A DNA stretch of 63,319 nucleotides, the filler included, from Sphacelaria rigidula (Eukaryota), in assembly GCA_964200075.2 (NCBI GenBank). It is 11 parts of 11 records of this genome, joined end to end, with 100 filler letters (N's around TTAATTAATTAA, not from the genome) between each part and the next. Parts side by side here need not be neighbours in the genome. Positions count along the whole stretch, not along the records: positions 57,655 to 63,319 come from CAXNAA020025447.1; 10 more parts are not named here. The stretch is one strand, 5' to 3'. The position numbers were made by a program, and so were the translations under genes. The notes under the pieces are model-generated. The model saw only the letters and a list, made by a program, of their open reading frames with translations, did no database searches and was not told the origin of the DNA. This document shows positions 58,765-63,319 of the stretch, piece after piece. The number at the start of each line of letters is the position of its first letter. Within the stretch, counting starts at the first letter, position 1.

Positions 58765-61700
58765 GTACCAGATACACGGACGCTTTGCAGGCTTGCCAGG
58801 GGGTATTTTTCTACGCGAACGCTTTGAACGACAACACAGTGTCGTACTGCGCGGCGGCCGTGGCGAGGGTAAACAGATACAGGTAGGTGTGCAGAAGCAA
58901 CGGAGACCCACGTTGGCGGGTATTTTTGAGGACGGTTGCCGTTTGCACGTGAAATCAGTAGAGCTCCCGCGTTGGCCGTAAGAACGGTTAATCACTTGAT
59001 TTTAGAGTGAACACCGATATTCGGATCTTGAGAGTGGCTGTAAGTGCCAAGTGCTTCTAGCCTGCCCAGAACGTGTCCTTCTCCAAATCGGCGCCGCACG
59101 AGGGTTAGGGTTAGGGTTAGGGTTAGGGTTAGGGTTAGCGTTAGCGTCAGTTCTAAATCATGAATTTTCGAGAACGTTCCATCAGCCATGCTCACGACCA
59201 AAATTTAGGCAACCCCCCCCCGTGGAATGTGTCGAAACGTGAAAGAAATGTGTACTAAGTCACTCAGGTGAAGGTTGCCAGCGCGTACTCGTGTTACATA
59301 TAATAATACGCTGTGTGGCATCCGTACGCAGGATAGTTCCCCTCTGAAAAGCATCCCTCAGCTGGTCCGCTTCCGGCTCTTGCTCACACCATGCTAGTAC
59401 CTTGGGAGCTCCGCGATATAGTTGTGCCGCGGCTCGCACAACGCTGTTTTCGTACAATTACTTGGTATCAGAATGGCGGATCGACCTTGCGAGGAGTGAT
59501 TTTGATTTTTCATACCCTGGACAGTGACATTGAACTACACTGGCAAAAATAATACTGTGTACAGTATCGAACATTGCATCTATTGTGGACGATAGATTGC
59601 ATTGGCAAAAAGTGTACTGCGTTCAGTATCGAGCATGGCGTCTACTGTGGACGATGGGTTACATTGGCAAAAAACGTACTGCGTACAGTATCGAATATTG
59701 TGTCTCATGTAGTACGAAATGTTTCATCCCGTATGTAATAGACACAAAAATCGGCACTGCACGCAATTCACTTTTTGCCAATGAAATCTATCGTCACTGT
59801 ACAGGGTGTGGTGATTTTCACCGCACTGTGGCTAGACCCCGCATTTTAGAAAACCGCACTATAGGGGGACCCGAACTGCACCTGCACTACTGCAGCGGGG
59901 CACGTAGTACATGTAACGTCACCACTTACCGCCCGAAGGTCGTATAACCGGTGATATACCGTACGGAAGTCAAATCAGGCAACTATGTCTGACCATGACT
60001 GTTAGAGATGCGAATCGGACGGGTGTTAGCCCCCGAATTTTATCTGGGCTGCTCGACGAAATTTTACCGATCATAGACAACTCATCCTCGTTTCCGTTCT
60101 TCCATGTGGATACACTTGATTAAAAAATACATCCTTAGAACGAGCACATGGTGCGTTCAAGCGATGCTCTCCCTGTTTAGGCGCCACATATACGTCGACA
60201 CCTCTGATACGCGTGCCTGGTCAAACTCCTTTTTTTCTCAACTCTTCTAGCGTTCCCTGAAACTCTGCAACAAAAAAAATGTCGTCTGGTGGGCCGAGCG
60301 TAGGACCGTCCCCGACAAGGGCAAATGGAATAAAACCACGCAGACGGGACGAAGGCGGGGCAATATGGGAGAAAAGGTCTGAATCGGGGTAACTTTGCTT
60401 CTGTGGCTACAAATTAGTAACAGAAGCAGTGTTGCTTGTATACCCAGCCGCTCTGGGAACCCACGTTAGTGAGCGTGGTGTGTACTGGAACAGACAACAC
60501 CATGGTGACTGCCTTGCGCTCTCCTGTTTCTTGATTATGCAGAGTCTACCTTTACCGCCACATGCGGCCTGCCGTCTGTGCATCATCCCTGCGCTGCCAC
60601 GAAGCTTCTGAGTTCTGTTCGCATATATTGAATCGGCGTGATTTAACTCGAAATATGAACAGGACCCAGATGACCCACCGTGGACTCCCGAGGACTCCCT
60701 TTCAGAGCTGTGGGCAGGACGAGTTCACGCTCTCCAAATATTTCTTGTAATCTGGTCCATGTTAATAGCCATAGATAATGGGAGCAATTGGAAGGAACGC
60801 AGGGAGGGAGAGAAAGAAGACAACCCTCTACTGAACTGTACTTTTCTGCACTGTACTGTTGCCCTTTATTGTACTGTCCCTGGTTGTTCGGCTTTGTCCA
60901 TTTATATACAACCACCTTCAGGGTGAGTCACCCGTTGTGTAATGGCATAAATTTGACTTGAAAGATGAATGCAAGACCCGGAATCCCGACCGTGGAGGCC
61001 CAAGGGTTTACTTTCGGAGCTGGGGGCAGGACAAGTTCATACTCTCCAAAGACTTCTTGTAATCTGGTCCATAGTGATGCCCATAGATAATGGGAGCAAT
61101 GGGAAGGAACGCAGGGGGGGGCAGAAGAGAAGACAGTACTCTACTGAATTGCACCGTTCTGCATCGTACTGCATTGTCCTGTACTGTGCTTTGCCTTGTT
61201 CGGATTTGTCCATCTATATTCAACCACCTTCAGGGCGAGTCATCTGTTGTGCATTGACATAATTTTGACTTGAAAGATAAACGCAAGACTCAAATTACCC
61301 ACCATGGAGGCTCACAGGTTCAATGTTTTTCAAAGGTTTCGTGTGATCTGATCATTGGTGGTACACTCTGAAGAAGGGAAGGAAAGTAGCGGGGACAGAG
61401 ATAAGACAACACTGCACTGTACCACACAGCTTTTGTACTGCATTGTACTTCTGTTGTTGCACTCTGTTTATTTCGGCTTTGTCTATAGTCACGCCCAGGG
61501 TTGGTCATCTGCATCGAAATAATCTTTACTTGAAAACTGAATAATCAATTCGACCATGAGGAATGCTCCTGCGGCAGTGTGTGTAATGTGCGCAGAATGC
61601 CTTCTGGGGTTCTCTTGGAACCAACCGGACGAATCGTTTGTTTCTGACTGGCTGGCTTGATTAGTCGATTTGTCTATCAGGAAGAGCCGGGACACTTTTG

Positions 61701-62286
61701 GAGGAAAAATTCCTATATGTTTTGTGAGCGATTCGCATCCCTAACTGTACTGTAAAGTCGCGCAGCTATTGTAGTGTGGCCACTCTGACTCATCATACGT
61801 GCGTGTTGCCGCGCTCTGGGGTGCCGTAGATCACCCATGATGACTCTTTGGGCTACATACATGACCAGTCCGGGTGCGTGATTCCGGGGGTGGTATACAA
61901 CGTATCCTAATGAGGTACTGTACATAGCGGCATGATACTAGAAATAGCTCATAATCTGTCATCTGGGGAATGGAATACAATGTATTGGTGGCATATGGTG
62001 AAGTCCAAATGGCATACGGAGTACCATGCGGAAGATATGTTCTACAGCTTTTGGGTGAAATGTTCATGAATCAGTCAATTGGCTCGCACGTGCCTGTTAC
62101 TGTACACATGCAGCTCTGTCTGGGTCCGGGCTATACTACATGCTCCGCTCTTGCTGCTCTGCTGCTCTGCGGGTTGTTCTGCTCGTCCGCACAGGCATTT
62201 GACGGATATCCCGGAAGTGGAGGGATTCCCGGCGATTGCGGGAGTTTTCGCCATCGCCGATGACGAAGATCTGCGGCATAGTGCCG
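58765..62286 (+). CDS. Two phase-compatible internal exons of an unidentified protein
   Basis: 58765-58882 (aaag|...acag|gtaggt) and 62195-62286 (acag|...ccg|gtaagg) splice to TRYTDALQACQGVFFYANALNDNTVSYCAAAVARVNRYRHLTDIPEVEGFPAIAGVFAIADDEDLRHSA. Support is splice signals and frame only. Confidence 0.45.
59101..59146 (+). repeat. Interstitial telomeric repeat (AGGGTT)6 plus AGCGTT variants
   Basis: Read directly. Confidence 0.92.
59539..59705 (+). repeat. Tandem repeat, ~3 x 62 bp
   Basis: TGGCAAAAA...TACTGYGTWCAGTATCGA at 59541, 59603 and 59665. Confidence 0.88.
60640..61545 (+). repeat. Diverged tandem repeat, ~3 x 310 bp
   Basis: GACTTGAAAGAT at ~60955 and ~61268. GGGCAGGAC.AGTTCA..CTCTCCAAA...TTCTTGTAATCTGGTCCAT at ~60712 and ~61024. 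The third unit is shortened. Confidence 0.85.
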
Positions 62287-62699
62287 GTAAGGACGAGGAG
62301 CGCTTGAGAGTAAATGGCCTTGGTGGAGCGGGGGTTCTTTGAACAATATTGTATTGCGTGATCAGTGCGCTCCTAATTATTTTTTGTCGTGATATCGATC
62401 ACTTCGTAGGCGAGGATGGGGGAATAACAGTGCTTTTTCTTAGGATTCCGGCCAACTTTTTTTTTTTCTTTTGTTCCTGTTCCTCCCCTTCCGGCGCCCT
62501 TTTTTCATGATTCTCGTTTTTCAGGTTACTGTCTTGTTTTCTTGTTTTGAGCAGTGTACAAAAAAAATTATACCCTCATGTTTTTGGAACAAAAACGGGC
62601 ACCACATTTTTCGGTTTGGGGCGTGGCGCTGCACGCGGGCGGAACACCCCGAAAATACGTTCCAGCGCCTCAGCCCCACCTCCATGGTACCCGGGAAAT

Positions 62700-63264
62700 A
62701 GGCTGGTCCGGTGGAAACCCGGCGTGCTCCGTCCCGGCTTTGTTTGAGGGACGAATCCCTTATGGGATTGGCGTCGGTTGGCAATGACGCTGTAGAACAC
62801 GCCACTCACGGCGTAAGCTAGGCAGCCGGGCTACCGTTTTGCTTCGCGCGCTTGCGTTTTTGTTGCGGTAACCATGATGGTGGTCGAGCTAGAGCAAATT
62901 TTGCGGGGTGAGAGAACCTCAATTCCGCGCAAAGTGGATGGTCATTCTACGTAGTGTTCAAATTGTTAGACACCCATGAGGCAGTGTGTAACCTGTGGCT
63001 GTCTCTGGAAGTGGCGATACCAGAAAATGAAGCAACTCGTTGGAGGCTGTCATCCAAATGCAAGATGATCAGTACGCTTCGGACCGAACAATCTTAGTTG
63101 GATGCAGCTCACCTTTCACGCAACTCGCCGAACACATCACGGCGCCTCGCGCTTGGAGATTGATTGCGAGCCTAGTCCGGCGAAAACCCGGCGTGCTCCG
63201 TCGCGACTTTGTAGGGAGGCGAGGTCAACGATCACATCACTATGGCATGCAAGATCATGAGTAC
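62700..63264 (+). mobile_element. Family B apparently full-length copy (~565 bp)
   Basis: Starts GGCTGGTCCGGTGGAAACCCGGCGTGCTCCGTCCCGGCTTTGT, repeats this at 63170-63212, and ends GGCATGCAAGATCATGAGTAC followed by a long C-tract. Confidence 0.9.
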
Positions 63265-63319
63265 CCCCCCCACCCCTCCGGCCCCCCCCCCGACCCCCGC
63301 CCCCCCCCCCCCCTCCCCC

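Noticed and set aside
59101..59146. True chromosome end
   Set aside because: Only six units, embedded in unique sequence on both sides.

Overview
Eukaryotic, intron-rich, repeat-rich DNA, most consistent with a brown alga or related stramenopile (inference from gene content, TTAGGG repeats, splice signals and retroelement types). The window is not one locus. It is 11 unrelated small scaffolds of 5666/5665 bp, apparently sorted by size, joined by ten identical 100-bp artificial linkers (N44-TTAATTAATTAA-N44). Host genes: a complete 5-exon ATP10; partial ECHDC1 (ethylmalonyl-CoA decarboxylase-like), LRGUK-like LRR and ankyrin-repeat genes; single CAP/PR-1 and CorA-like exons; one unidentified exon pair. 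Mobile DNA: a decayed Ty1/copia element with its 5' LTR, a decayed chromodomain-bearing Ty3/gypsy element, a tRNA-derived SINE, several foldback/MITE-like elements and many tandem repeats. The most interesting signal is a LINE family (A) plus a ~0.55-kb non-coding partner (family B). They share a ~70-nt 3' tail ending ATGAGTAC, lack poly(A), and nearly all visible junctions abut oligo-C tracts. Several copies sit at the same C-tract-TATCGTAG(C/G)ATGACTC site, and one has a clean target-site duplication. A second candidate is an uninterrupted 314-codon gypsy-integrase-derived ORF with lost catalytic and zinc residues and a new hydrophobic segment. Family assignments are from motif recognition, not database searches.
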